The notes: a model not told the origin generated them from the sequence alone. Counted from the stretch's first letter, positions 1 to 9,479 are shown. The stretch is DNA of 64,000 bases from Spongiibacteraceae bacterium (GCA_047602265.1 JASGHU010000001.1:254252-318251), one strand, 5' to 3'. Numbers and translations are program-made.

Positions 1-161
1 CACGGCAACAGAAGTTTTTGCCTACATTGACGCAACCCGGAAAAACCTCGACTAGCAAGATCGAACTTCTCCGCTATCCTTGGGAAGGATGTCGATACAC
101 TCGGAAGCAGCTTACGCCACGATAAGTTTGCGCTGTTCCGTCCGGTCTGGAGTTCTTCTGC

Positions 162-1013
162 ATGAATGTGATCGTTGGCCTGGCTCTCCTGTTCGGGGCC
201 TGCATCGCCGGCTTTTTATTGTCCGGCGGCCAGCTCATGGCACTGGTGCAACCGTACGAATTGCTGATCATTCTCGGTGCCGCGATCGGCGCGATGTTCG
301 TCTCGAACCCGCTACCGGTCACTATTGCCACACTCAAATCGGTCGGCTCAGCATTCAAGGGATCGCCGTTCAACAAGGCGCTCTACCTCGATTTACTCGC
401 GCTGCTCTATGACCTGTTCAACAAGATGCGCCGCGAAGGCATGCTCGCGGTTGAAGCCGATATCGACGACCCCCACGCCAGCCCGCTGTTCACTAAATAT
501 CCGAATGTGGAAAAAATTCATGGCTCAATCGAGTTCATCGTCGATTATCTGCGCGTGATGATGATCGGCAGCATCGCCGGTCACGAACTCGAATCGCTCA
601 TAGACGCCGAACTTGAGTCGCACCACGCCGAAGCCGGCCTGATCCCCGCCGCGATGACCAAAATGGCCGATGGCCTGCCCGGCTTCGGTATCGTCGCCGC
701 GGTGATGGGTATCGTCATCACCATGGGCGCGCTCGGCGGCCCGCCCGAAGAGATCGGCCACCACGTCGCGGCGGCTCTCGTCGGTACCTTCCTCGGCATT
801 CTGCTCGCGTATGGCGTGTTCGGTCCGATTGCAGCACTGCTTGAACACAAGGTGCGCGAGGAATCCAAATTCTACGAATGCATCAAGGTATCGCTGATCG
901 CAACGCTGAATGGCGCTGCACCGCAGATCGCGATCGAATTCGGCCGCAAAGTGCTCTTCCACGAAGTGCGCCCGAGCTATGCCGAAGTCGACGAGCGCGT
1001 GCGTCAGAAATAA
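162..1013 (+). CDS. motA: flagellar motor stator protein MotA (MotA/TolQ/ExbB proton-channel family)
   Basis: 283-aa ORF with the multi-TM layout and conserved C-terminal TM3-TM4 region (GPPEEIGHHVAAALVGTFLGILLAYG) typical of MotA. It is followed 37 nt later by motB. Confidence 0.85.
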   Translation: MNVIVGLALLFGACIAGFLLSGGQLMALVQPYELLIILGAAIGAMFVSNPLPVTIATLKSVGSAFKGSPFNKALYLDLLALLYDLFNKMRREGMLAVEADIDDPHASPLFTKYPNVEKIHGSIEFIVDYLRVMMIGSIAGHELESLIDAELESHHAEAGLIPAAMTKMADGLPGFGIVAAVMGIVITMGALGGPPEEIGHHVAAALVGTFLGILLAYGVFGPIAALLEHKVREESKFYECIKVSLIATLNGAAPQIAIEFGRKVLFHEVRPSYAEVDERVRQK

Positions 1014-1050
1014 TGGCCACCCGGAACGCATCTAAAGAGAGGCTGCCGTC

Positions 1051-2091
1051 ATGAGCACGTCGATGCAGCCCATCATCATCAAGAAAAAGAAAGGCCACGG
1101 CCATGGTCACCATGGCGGTGGGTGGAAAGTTGCGTTTGCCGATTTCATGACGGCGATGATGGCGTTCTTTCTGCTCATGTGGCTGATGGCTGCGGCGAAC
1201 GATCCGCAGAAAAAAGCGATCGCGGGTTATTTCAATGATGTCGGCGGCGGTCTCGTCGGTCCCGGCGGCGCCAACTCGGGTGTGATTCAACTCGATAATC
1301 CCGAATCCTCGCACGAACCCATGCAGCCGCCGACCATGAAAAATGAAACGCAAGGCGGCGAGAACGAACGCAACAAAGGCGAAGGCATCGATCAGAATTC
1401 GATGATTCCGCTCACCGAGCAACAGGCGCGCGAGCAGTACGAAAAACAGGAAAAAGAAAACCTGCAAAAACTCAAAGAGCAATTGCAGGAAGAATTGGAT
1501 AAAAGCGATTCGGTGTTGCGCGAAGTGCGCGATCAGATTTTGATTGATTACACTGGTCTCGGTCTGCGCGTGCAAATCGTCGATAAAGAACAACGGCCGA
1601 TGTTCGATACCGGCAAAGCGAAAATGAAAGACTATTCGCTCGCCGTGCTCGAAGCGCTGGCGCCGCTGCTCGATAGCGTACCCAACCATCTTTCAATTAC
1701 TGGCCACACCGACGCCGCCAAATACGGCGACGGTGCGATTTACTCGAACTGGGAATTGTCGGCCGATCGCGCCAATACCGCGCGACGCGCACTGGTCGAC
1801 GGTGGCTATCCCGAAGAGAAAATTATCAATGTGCAGGGCATGGGCTCGGCGGCACCATTCGATGCCGACCAACCACTCGCCCCCATCAACCGTCGCATCG
1901 CGATTCTGGTACTGAAAAAATCGGTGGAAGAAGCGCTGCTCGGCAAAACCGGGATCAGCAGCGAGCACGTCATCGAAAGCAGCGGCAATGTATTGATGCC
2001 AGAAGATGCGGCGCCCGCTGCAACCCCGAGCGCTCCACAAGAAATACCTGCCGCGCCCGCAGCGCAAGAATCGACAACCGCAAAACCCTAA
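1051..2091 (+). CDS. motB: flagellar motor protein MotB (OmpA-like peptidoglycan-binding stator subunit)
   Basis: The N-terminal TM segment WKVAFADFMTAMMAFFLLMWL carries the invariant Asp. The C-terminal OmpA-like domain shows ITGHTD...SNWELSADRANTARRAL...NRRIAILV. Confidence 0.85.
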   Translation: MSTSMQPIIIKKKKGHGHGHHGGGWKVAFADFMTAMMAFFLLMWLMAAANDPQKKAIAGYFNDVGGGLVGPGGANSGVIQLDNPESSHEPMQPPTMKNETQGGENERNKGEGIDQNSMIPLTEQQAREQYEKQEKENLQKLKEQLQEELDKSDSVLREVRDQILIDYTGLGLRVQIVDKEQRPMFDTGKAKMKDYSLAVLEALAPLLDSVPNHLSITGHTDAAKYGDGAIYSNWELSADRANTARRALVDGGYPEEKIINVQGMGSAAPFDADQPLAPINRRIAILVLKKSVEEALLGKTGISSEHVIESSGNVLMPEDAAPAATPSAPQEIPAAPAAQESTTAKP

Positions 2092-2125
2092 TACCAATCC
2101 GCCATACCACTAACGGAGATAGATC

Positions 2126-2950
2126 ATGGCACTGGCTATCAATAACGATATGCGCCCAAACAACATCGGTAATATCGGTCGCATCGCCGCCATTGCCGCG
2201 ATCGCTTTAGTGGTGCTGATGCTGCTTTTTGGCTCGTTCTTCACCGTGAGATCGGGTGAGCGTGCGATCGTGTTTCGCTTTGGTCAGGTACAAAATGTCG
2301 TATCCGACGGCCTGCATTTAAAAATTCCACTGATCGAAAATTACCGAATCGTCGATATCCGCACGCAGAAAGCACACTCCCCCGCCGATGCGGGCACCAG
2401 AGATTTGCAGACTGTGAAAACCGAGGTCGCACTCAATTATCACTTAGTCGCTGACTCACTCGCAGACACCTATTCGCGCGTAGGCCTGGATGTGGAAAAT
2501 AAAGTCATCGACCCGCGTATTCAGGAAATCGTCAAAGCCGTGGTCGCGCGTTTTTCTGCCGAAGAATTGCTGACCAAACGCGAAGACGTGAAAAGCGAAA
2601 TTGCAGCGGGCCTGCGCAGCTCGCTGATTGCGTATAACATCACCGTCGAAGATATTCAAATCACCAACTTCAGTTTTTCGCATGCGTTCGATGCCGCGAT
2701 CGAAGCGAAGCAAACCGCCGAACAGCAAGCACTGAAAGCGAAAAACGATTTGGAGCGGATTAAAGTCGAAGCGCAACAAAAAATTGCGTTAGCGGAAGCC
2801 GAAGCAAAGACCATTCAGATTCAGGCCCAAGCCATCAAGGAGCAAGGCGGCGCCGAATATGTGCAACTGAAAGCGATTGAAAAGTGGGATGGTCGATTGC
2901 CGCAGGTCAGCGGCGGCAACACGCCGTTTATCAATTTATCGACGAAATAA
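2126..2950 (+). CDS. SPFH/band-7 (prohibitin/HflC-like) membrane protein
   Basis: N-terminal TM followed by an SPFH core (ERAIVFRFGQV...GLHLKIPLIE...) and a C-terminal Ala/Glu/Gln coiled coil (AEQQALKAKNDLERIKVEAQQKIALAEAEAK). Confidence 0.8.
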   Translation: MALAINNDMRPNNIGNIGRIAAIAAIALVVLMLLFGSFFTVRSGERAIVFRFGQVQNVVSDGLHLKIPLIENYRIVDIRTQKAHSPADAGTRDLQTVKTEVALNYHLVADSLADTYSRVGLDVENKVIDPRIQEIVKAVVARFSAEELLTKREDVKSEIAAGLRSSLIAYNITVEDIQITNFSFSHAFDAAIEAKQTAEQQALKAKNDLERIKVEAQQKIALAEAEAKTIQIQAQAIKEQGGAEYVQLKAIEKWDGRLPQVSGGNTPFINLSTK

Positions 2951-2964
2951 TTCCAATTAAACCA

Positions 2965-2986
2965 GGGCAGACACACAGGTCTGCCC
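2965..2986. terminator. hairpin between convergent genes (possible bidirectional terminator)
   Basis: GGGCAGAC (2965-2972) pairs with GTCTGCCC (2979-2986) across a 6-nt loop. It lies between the stop at 2950 (+) and the stop at 3010 (-). There is no clear U-tract. Confidence 0.4.
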
Positions 2987-3009
2987 CCACATGAAATAAT
3001 TTTTCCTAT

Positions 3010-3363
3010 TTACACCATCGGCTGCCTGAACATGAAATACACTGCGCCGAGCAGACACAATCCCGCCCAGACAAAATCCAGTCGAAACGGTTGCTTCATA
3101 TAAAAAATCGCAAATGGCACAAATACCGACAGCGTGATCACTTCCTGCAGAATTTTTAGCTGCGATAAATTCAGCACCGTATAGCCGATACGATTCGCCG
3201 GCACTTGCAACAGATATTCGAACAGCGCGATTCCCCAACTCGCGAGCGCCGCTATCCACCAGGCCTTACCCTGCAAATTGCGCAGATGCGCGTACCAAGC
3301 GAAGGTCATAAACACGTTTGAGCAAATCAGCAGAAAGGTTGTTTGTACAATGACCGAAGGCAC
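3010..3363 (-). CDS. small DMT-superfamily membrane protein (DUF486-like)
   Basis: 117 aa with four hydrophobic helices. The N-terminus (FLLICSNVFMTFAWYAHLR) is typical of DUF486/EamA-like half-transporters. Confidence 0.6.
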   Translation of the reverse strand: MPSVIVQTTFLLICSNVFMTFAWYAHLRNLQGKAWWIAALASWGIALFEYLLQVPANRIGYTVLNLSQLKILQEVITLSVFVPFAIFYMKQPFRLDFVWAGLCLLGAVYFMFRQPMV

Positions 3364-3388
3364 ACATCACCTCATCAGTGGATAACGG

Positions 3389-4027
3389 CTAAGTTAATTC
3401 TCGTAAAATTTCGTAGGCTGCGCGCACCGCAAGAAATTGAGCAGCATCGCCACCGCGATCGGGATGGCTGGCTGCAGCGAGCCGACGATATTGCTGCCTG
3501 ATCGCATTCCAATCCGCCTCATCACCCAGCTGCAGCGTAGCGAGCGCGGCGGCGCGTTGATCGTGCGCGGCATAACGCGTCCAGAAACTCGCGAGCAATT
3601 CACTAACCGCTGCGCTGTCGGTGGCGAGAAACTGCTGCCAATCGAGATAGTAATTGCGCAGCGCGTCGTCGCCATGCGCTGCCACCTGCTGATCACGCGC
3701 ATCGGTTTTTGTTTCGATCGCAATGCGCAGCGGCGATATCGTCAACCACACCGATTCATCGCGCCACAGCGAATCCTGCAATCGATACAGTGCATTCATG
3801 ATCATAAAATGCTTTTGGAATAACGCGAGCTGCGCATCGCCATCGGTTTGAGAAAAACGCGCGCCTTGAGCTGGCGTGAAATGCGCGCCATCGGCTTCGA
3901 TGTATTTGAGCAGCTCGTATTCGCTGATGCCCGACGCTTGTTCGCGCAGCGCGCGTAACACGACGGCGAGCAGCGGATTTATATCCTGCGCAGCTTTATC
4001 GACACGCTCACTCAATTGCGAAACCAT
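3389..4027 (-). CDS. DnaJ-related protein with C-terminal J-domain
   Basis: The C-terminal segment YRRLAAASHPDRGGDAAQFLAVRAAYEIL carries the HPD tripeptide. The gene overlaps the upstream 2OG oxygenase gene by 16 nt, so the two are probably co-transcribed. Confidence 0.6.
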   Translation of the reverse strand: MVSQLSERVDKAAQDINPLLAVVLRALREQASGISEYELLKYIEADGAHFTPAQGARFSQTDGDAQLALFQKHFMIMNALYRLQDSLWRDESVWLTISPLRIAIETKTDARDQQVAAHGDDALRNYYLDWQQFLATDSAAVSELLASFWTRYAAHDQRAAALATLQLGDEADWNAIRQQYRRLAAASHPDRGGDAAQFLAVRAAYEILRELT

Positions 4028-4641
4028 CCAGAAATGCTGTAGCGATCGGATTGCGCAGGCAATACTTCGTGTGGAAATTCGGCACTCAGAAAAAATACCG
4101 CAGTTCCCGCCGCTGGGGTGACGCGCGCAATTTCATGCTCGTCGCGGTAAATCACCAATTCTCCGCCGACACTCGCGTTCAAATACGCCACCGTGGTCAA
4201 GATTCGTTGTGGTGCGCCATGACTTCCCGAAGCAACGGCATTCGCTTGTGTCTGCGCGAACGCATCGCGATGACGGCGATAAAATGCGCCGGGCGCATAG
4301 TGCGCGTAATGCGCTTCGTAATCGCGCAAACCCAAAAACAGTCGACGATTAATTTCCGCGCGCAGCTCATCCATCGCTGCAAGATAGTCGCGCTGTACCG
4401 GCGCCGCTTCGCTGAGCCACAACGTCGCGTCGCGCCGCTGTTCGCTCACATGCTGGCGCTGATTGCCGCGCCCTATCGCTGCACTCGCAAATTCAGCGCG
4501 CCGCGCCAGACAATCCGCCAGCAACACCTCGCACCACGGCAGCGGCAAAAATTCGGGCAACACCAGCCAACCGTCGCCGCGCAATGACTCGGCAATCGTG
4601 TCGATAGTCGCGGTGAAATCGAGAGTGGATTCGGGGGACAT
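4012..4641 (-). CDS. 2OG-Fe(II) oxygenase (prolyl-4-hydroxylase-like)
   Basis: Jelly-roll motifs are present: YRRHRDAF (HxD), GGELVIY, and PHEVLP...RYSISGWF (distal His and Arg). Confidence 0.75.
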   Translation of the reverse strand: MSPESTLDFTATIDTIAESLRGDGWLVLPEFLPLPWCEVLLADCLARRAEFASAAIGRGNQRQHVSEQRRDATLWLSEAAPVQRDYLAAMDELRAEINRRLFLGLRDYEAHYAHYAPGAFYRRHRDAFAQTQANAVASGSHGAPQRILTTVAYLNASVGGELVIYRDEHEIARVTPAAGTAVFFLSAEFPHEVLPAQSDRYSISGWFRN

Positions 4642-4777
4642 GGATTCGCTTCATGCAGACGATGGCCAACGCTAGTCGGTTTCGAACCGTTAGGCAATTG
4701 CTGCACGGGCGATAGACAATTGTTTTGCCGCTGCAAAACTTTGATTTATTCCGCCGGCAGTTTATTCTTTGGACTGA

Positions 4778-4819
4778 TTCATAAGACCGGCACCCAAGTT
4801 CATAAGACCGGCCTCAAGG
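4778..4819. repeat. 21-nt tandem direct repeat (x2) upstream of the response-regulator gene
   Basis: TTCATAAGACCGGCACCCAAG (4778-4798) is followed by TTCATAAGACCGGCCTCAAGG (4799-4819). Two further TCATAAAAC half-sites start at 4844 and 4861. Confidence 0.6.
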
Positions 4820-4887
4820 CTGACTCTCGTTGGACTAACCCGATCATAAAACCAACCCAATCATAAAAACGGCTGCACGCTAGCGTC

Positions 4888-5559
4888 ATGAATATTCTCG
4901 TGATTGAAGACGATCCGGAAATGCGCGATTTTCTCGTGCAGGGACTCACTCGCGAGAGTCATCGCGTCGATACAGCCGAAGACGGTGCGCGCGGCTTGAT
5001 CGCGGCGCAACAGCCGTACGATGTCATCGTGCTCGATCGCATGCTGCCCGAAATGGACGGCCTCGAAGTGCTCAGCACCTTGCGCGCACGCGGCATCATT
5101 ACGCCGGTGTTGATGCTGAGTGCGCTGGGCGATGTCGATCACCGCGTCGCCGGCCTGCAGCACGGCGCCGACGATTATCTCGCCAAACCGTTTTCATTCA
5201 TCGAATTGGCCGCGCGCATCGAGGCACTGCATCGCCGCGACGGCGGTAAAAGCGAAGCGACTTCGCTGCAGATCGCCGATCTGCATCTCGATCTGATTTC
5301 GCACAATGTCACCCGCAATGGACAACACATCGAGCTGTGGCCGCTCGAATATAAGCTACTCGAGTATTTGATGCGTAACGCCGGCCAGGTGGTCACGCGC
5401 AACATGCTGCTCGAAAACGTCTGGAATTTAAGTTTCGATCCGCAGACCAACGTGGTCGAAGTTCACATGAGCCGCCTGCGCGGCAAAGTCGATAAAGGCT
5501 ATACCGTGCGCCTCATTCATACCGTTAGAGGCTCGGGCTATGTCATCCGTGAAAACTGA
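4888..5559 (+). CDS. OmpR-family response regulator
   Basis: Receiver domain (ILVIEDD...VIVLDRMLPEMDG...KPF) plus a winged-helix trans_reg_C domain (LEYKLLEYLMRNAGQVVTR...VRGSGYV). Confidence 0.9.
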   Translation: MNILVIEDDPEMRDFLVQGLTRESHRVDTAEDGARGLIAAQQPYDVIVLDRMLPEMDGLEVLSTLRARGIITPVLMLSALGDVDHRVAGLQHGADDYLAKPFSFIELAARIEALHRRDGGKSEATSLQIADLHLDLISHNVTRNGQHIELWPLEYKLLEYLMRNAGQVVTRNMLLENVWNLSFDPQTNVVEVHMSRLRGKVDKGYTVRLIHTVRGSGYVIREN

Positions 5560-7057
5560 TCCCGCCATGTCAGCGACCCCGAATGCAACGAGCGCTGCAC
5601 GCACAAAAAGGAACGGCGCTCCGACACCACCACACTCACTATCGACCAACATGCGCGACTGGTGGCACAGCTCCTGGCTGCGACTCGCGCTGATCACCAG
5701 TTTCTGCATGTGGCTGCTCAACGGCGCGGTGGTGCTCGCGCTGCACGAATTCACCATGCGCGCACTGGTGAGCAATCTCGGCCGCAACATAGAAACCAAA
5801 ATCGACAAGCGCCTCGCCGAATGGCCCAAAGGTTTGCCACAACACGCCGGCGTCACCAGTTGGCTGTATCGCCGTTTCGCGGTGGAAATTGCCGATATGC
5901 AGGATTGTGTCGCGCTGCTCGATAGCGACGGCGAAACCCAGATCGCCAATATCAATCACAAACAAGAGCCCGAATTCAGTTACCGCAATTACTTCACGGC
6001 ATCGTTCACCGGGCATAAATGGCAGAACGACAGCGCAGGCGGCGCTGCCACCTGCCTCGTCACCGAACGCATCCTCGCCGATGGTGGCCGCCTGATTTAC
6101 GGTGTGCCATTCGACAATTACATCGACACGATTCGCACGCTCGACAAATTGCGGTTCTGGGGATTATTCATCACCGCCATCGTGCCGCTCATAACATTCA
6201 CCATCATCACCATCGGTGCGACGCGTCAGATCCGCGATATTCTCGATATCTGTGATCGCGTCGCCTCGGGCGATCTCAAACAGCGCATCATGCTGCGCGG
6301 TACGGTCGGCAACGATTTCGAACGCATCGCCACCGCCATCAACAATATGCTCGATCAAATCGAGCAATTAATGGATGGCGTGCGCGAAGTCTCCGACGCC
6401 ATCGCGCACGATTTGAAAACACCGCTCGCGCGTTTGCGCGGCCAGCTCGAATTATTGCTGAGCATTTCCGAGCGCAGCGACGATGCGATCGATGCCGTGA
6501 TCGCCGAAGCCGATCTCGTGCTCAATGCCTTCAATGCATTATTGCGTATCGCCCAACTCGAACAGGGCACACGGCGGCAGGTATTTATTCACTTCGATTT
6601 CAATTCGGTGCTGCAACAGGTTCGCGATATCTACGAGCTGGTATTTGCCGATAAAAATATTCGATTTGAAATCAACGCCAATACCGATACGCTATTCCCC
6701 GCGTATGGCGATCGCGATTTGTGGTTGCAGGCCGTGAGCAACTTGCTCGACAACGCCTACAAATACACGCCCGCGGGCGGCGCGGTCAGCATCGAATTAC
6801 AACGCGAGGCGACAACGATTGGTTTGCAGATTCGCGATACCGGGCCGGGAATTCCCGAAAACGAACAGCGCAATGTGTTCAAACGTTTTTACCGCCTTGA
6901 AAAACACCGCAGCCAAAAAGGGACGGGGCTGGGACTGAGCCTGGTGGCGGCGGTGTGCAAGGTGCATAACGCCACGATCAATCTCAGCAATGACAACGGC
7001 CTGATTATCGACATCCACATACCGCTCGACACACACGCTGCCGGCGCGTTGTCCTGA
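5540..7057 (+). CDS. sensor histidine kinase (HAMP-HisKA-HATPase)
   Basis: H-box SDAIAHDLKTPL, N-box LLDNAYKYTP, G-boxes DTGPGI and GTGLGLSLV. It overlaps the response-regulator gene by 20 nt. Confidence 0.85.
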   Translation: MSSVKTDPAMSATPNATSAARTKRNGAPTPPHSLSTNMRDWWHSSWLRLALITSFCMWLLNGAVVLALHEFTMRALVSNLGRNIETKIDKRLAEWPKGLPQHAGVTSWLYRRFAVEIADMQDCVALLDSDGETQIANINHKQEPEFSYRNYFTASFTGHKWQNDSAGGAATCLVTERILADGGRLIYGVPFDNYIDTIRTLDKLRFWGLFITAIVPLITFTIITIGATRQIRDILDICDRVASGDLKQRIMLRGTVGNDFERIATAINNMLDQIEQLMDGVREVSDAIAHDLKTPLARLRGQLELLLSISERSDDAIDAVIAEADLVLNAFNALLRIAQLEQGTRRQVFIHFDFNSVLQQVRDIYELVFADKNIRFEINANTDTLFPAYGDRDLWLQAVSNLLDNAYKYTPAGGAVSIELQREATTIGLQIRDTGPGIPENEQRNVFKRFYRLEKHRSQKGTGLGLSLVAAVCKVHNATINLSNDNGLIIDIHIPLDTHAAGALS

Positions 7058-7109
7058 GCCGGCCCGGCGACCGCTGGTCGATAGGTACTTCCCCTCACGT
7101 CGAAAATCA

Positions 7110-7145
7110 TCGCCAAAGCCGGCGCGCTTCTATAGAATGCGCGCC
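7110..7145 (+). promoter_or_regulatory. candidate promoter with GC-rich discriminator in the deaD leader
   Basis: TCGCCA (7110-7115) is followed after 17 nt by TAGAAT (7133-7138) and then GCGCGCC. The 13-mer TAGAATGCGCGCC recurs upstream of rapA. It sits inside a 25-nt near-palindrome at 7121-7145. Confidence 0.3.
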
Positions 7146-7203
7146 TCGACAAAGTCGCTACTGATTGTCCACTGCATAGGGCCTGGGCATAGCGTAGCGC
7201 CCA

Positions 7204-9066
7204 ATGCAGATGAGAACGATGAGCGAACCGACCTTCACGGGTCTCGGCCTTCCCGAGACTTTGCTTTCTACTTTAACTTCCCTTGGCTACCAGAAGCCCT
7301 CGCCGATTCAGGCGCAGGCGATTCCACTATTGCTGGCCGGCCGCGATCTGATCGGCCAGGCGCAGACCGGTACCGGTAAAACCGCTGCGTTCGCGCTGCC
7401 GATCCTCGCGACGATGGATAACACTTCCGCTAAGCCGCAGGCGCTGATTCTGACACCGACACGCGAACTCGCGATGCAAGTGGCCGAAGCGTTTACGCGC
7501 TACAGCGAAAATCTCGGCCGCTGCAAAGTACTGGCTGTTTATGGCGGCCAATCGATGCGCGACCAATTGCAGGAATTAAAACGCGGCGTGCAAATCGTCG
7601 TCGGCACACCGGGTCGCCTGCTCGATCATTTAAATCGCAAGAGCCTCGACCTCTCCTCACTGCGCACCGTGGTGATGGACGAAGCCGACGAAATGTTGCG
7701 CATGGGTTTCATCGACGATGTCGAAGCGATTCTCGCGCACACCGGCGGCACGCAGCAGACCGCATTATTTTCCGCGACGATGCCGCCGCGAATTAAAAAT
7801 ATTGCCGACCGCTATTTGCGCGAACCTGAGCGCATCGTTATTCCTGCTGCGACGGCAACCGTATCGAGCATCGCACAGCACGTGGTGTGGGCGCGCCAAC
7901 GCGAAAAACCGCTCGCTGTTGCACGCTTACTCGCTGCTGAAGATTTTGACGCCGCGATTATTTTTGCGCGCACCCGCGAAGCCACCACTGAAATTGCCGA
8001 ATATCTTTCCAACGCGGGTTATGCCGCCACGGCAATTAATGGCGATATGAATCAATCGCAACGCGAACAGACGATTGCCTTATTGAAATCGGGCAAAATC
8101 GATATTCTTGTCGCCACCGATGTCGCCGCGCGCGGTCTCGATGTCGAGCGTATCAGCCTCGTCATTAACTACGATCTCGCACACGAACCCGATACCTATG
8201 TGCATCGCATCGGCCGCACCGGTCGCGCCGGTCGCAGCGGTCGTGCCGTATTGCTCGCCGATCCGCGCGATCGTCGCGGTGTACGCGGTCTCGAACAATT
8301 CACGCGCCAGCCGCTGCTGGAACTGCAATTGCCGAGCGACGCCGAAATCAAACAGCGCCGCAACAATCGCTTCCGGCAAACGCTGGCAGAAAAACTCGGC
8401 CACGCCGATTCTGCATCGTGGGGCGGTGCGGTTGAGGAATTGCGCAACGAACTCGGGCTGACGCTCGACGAATTGGCAGCGGGCATGCTCGCACTGCTCG
8501 CCGATCAGCAAGGTGTGAACGCGAAATTGCCAGCGGCGCCGGCGCCCGTTCCGACCGAGCGTTTTGATCGCGGCGATCGTCACGAACGCGGTGATCGCGG
8601 TTCGCGCCACGACAGAAACGTTAGCTCGGATCGCCCGCGTCGCGAACGCAGCGAGCGCTCGGATGCACCGATGGATCGCTATCGCATCGCCGTCGGTCGC
8701 GTGCAGGAAGTTCGCGTGAGCGATATCGTCGGCGCGATTGCCAACGAAGCCGGCATCAACAGCGCCAATATCGGCCGCATTCAATTGTTTGACGATTACA
8801 GCACGGTCGATTTGCCACAGGGCATGCCGAAAGATATTTTCGAGACACTGAAAAGCGTGCGCCTGCGCGGCCACATGATGAATATCGCACCGTTCGCCGG
8901 TGGCGGCAGCAGCGGCGATGCGCCGGCACCGCGCAAAAAACATTACGGCAGCTCGACCTCGCGCGCGCCACGCGAAGGACGAGAGGGTCGCGAAGCGCGT
9001 GAACCGTCACGCAAATTCGCCGGCGAAAGCGCACCGCGCAAACGCCTCGCGCTTAAGGCAAAATAG
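7204..9066 (+). CDS. deaD: DEAD-box ATP-dependent RNA helicase DeaD/CsdA
   Basis: Q-motif GYQKPSPIQ, AQTGTGKT, DEAD, SAT and HRIGRTGRAG are all present. The tail is Arg/Asp-rich and a DbpA-like C-terminal region follows. The true start is probably the ATG at 7219 (MSEPTFTGLGL). Confidence 0.9.
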   Translation: MQMRTMSEPTFTGLGLPETLLSTLTSLGYQKPSPIQAQAIPLLLAGRDLIGQAQTGTGKTAAFALPILATMDNTSAKPQALILTPTRELAMQVAEAFTRYSENLGRCKVLAVYGGQSMRDQLQELKRGVQIVVGTPGRLLDHLNRKSLDLSSLRTVVMDEADEMLRMGFIDDVEAILAHTGGTQQTALFSATMPPRIKNIADRYLREPERIVIPAATATVSSIAQHVVWARQREKPLAVARLLAAEDFDAAIIFARTREATTEIAEYLSNAGYAATAINGDMNQSQREQTIALLKSGKIDILVATDVAARGLDVERISLVINYDLAHEPDTYVHRIGRTGRAGRSGRAVLLADPRDRRGVRGLEQFTRQPLLELQLPSDAEIKQRRNNRFRQTLAEKLGHADSASWGGAVEELRNELGLTLDELAAGMLALLADQQGVNAKLPAAPAPVPTERFDRGDRHERGDRGSRHDRNVSSDRPRRERSERSDAPMDRYRIAVGRVQEVRVSDIVGAIANEAGINSANIGRIQLFDDYSTVDLPQGMPKDIFETLKSVRLRGHMMNIAPFAGGGSSGDAPAPRKKHYGSSTSRAPREGREGREAREPSRKFAGESAPRKRLALKAK

Positions 9067-9082
9067 TTTTTCGTTAACATCG

Positions 9083-9112
9083 ATTATCCGGCCTTAAAAA
9101 AGGCCGGATAAT
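9083..9112 (+). terminator. strong hairpin downstream of deaD
   Basis: TTATCCGGCC (9084-9093) pairs with GGCCGGATAA (9102-9111), and two extra A:T pairs close the loop. There is no clear U-run, so function as an intrinsic terminator is uncertain. Confidence 0.5.
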
Positions 9113-9155
9113 TAACAAAGCCAATAACAGCTAACCATCCATCGGAGTTTTAATC

Positions 9156-9437
9156 GTGTTTAAAGTAAACGAATATTTCGGCGGCAATGTTAAATCGATC
9201 GCGTTTCAAGGCGAGCAATTGCCGGCAACCGTCGGCGTGATGGCACCTGGCGAATACGAATTCGGCACCAGCCAGCGCGAAGTCATGACCGTCATCAGCG
9301 GTGCGCTGACTGTTAAGCTACCGGGCGCAAGCGAATGGAAAACCTTTGCGCGCGGCGCCTCGTTTGAAGTCGCGGCGAATGTGAAATTCCAACTGCAAGT
9401 ACAACAAGATACTGCCTATCTCTGCACTTACGGCTGA
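9156..9437 (+). CDS. ppnP: pyrimidine/purine nucleoside phosphorylase PpnP (DUF1255)
   Basis: 93 aa with a GTG start. [14 protein letters not shown]...GEYEFGT...[10 protein letters not shown]...YLCTY matches the PpnP/YaiE pattern end to end. Confidence 0.85.
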   Translation: MFKVNEYFGGNVKSIAFQGEQLPATVGVMAPGEYEFGTSQREVMTVISGALTVKLPGASEWKTFARGASFEVAANVKFQLQVQQDTAYLCTYG

Positions 9438-9479
9438 GTCGTCCATAACGAGACGATTGTGCAAAAACCATGAATACCG

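Noticed and set aside
883-1689. Long ORFs lie antisense to or overlapping well-supported genes. Examples are 883-1689 (-), 8080-8943 (-), 13511-14281 (-), 39994-40920 (+), 41253-41996 (+), 50083-50859 (-) and 15252-15647 (+).
   Set aside because: Each lies opposite a gene with clear family motifs. Their Arg/His/Cys-rich, low-complexity translations are typical of the antisense frame of GC-rich coding DNA, and they have no recognisable domains. I treat them as artefacts.
162-2091. The MotA/MotB pair might be a Zorya-type (ZorAB) anti-phage module.
   Set aside because: Both proteins have the size and motifs of ordinary flagellar stator subunits (283 and 346 aa). ZorA carries a very long C-terminal tail, and no ZorC/D/E-like genes follow. 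The next gene is an SPFH protein. I treat the pair as housekeeping motAB.
2126-2950. The SPFH/band-7 gene might be part of an SPFH-NfeD or defence-associated pair.
   Set aside because: No NfeD-like or other partner gene is adjacent. The gene is followed by a hairpin and a convergent gene, so nothing beyond a single membrane scaffold protein can be supported.
8560-8680. The Arg/Asp/Glu-rich low-complexity stretch in DeaD (RFDRGDRHERGDRGSRHDR...RRERSERSD) might be something unusual.
   Set aside because: Such RG/RD-rich linkers are common in DeaD/CsdA C-terminal extensions, and no DNA-level exact tandem repeat is evident.
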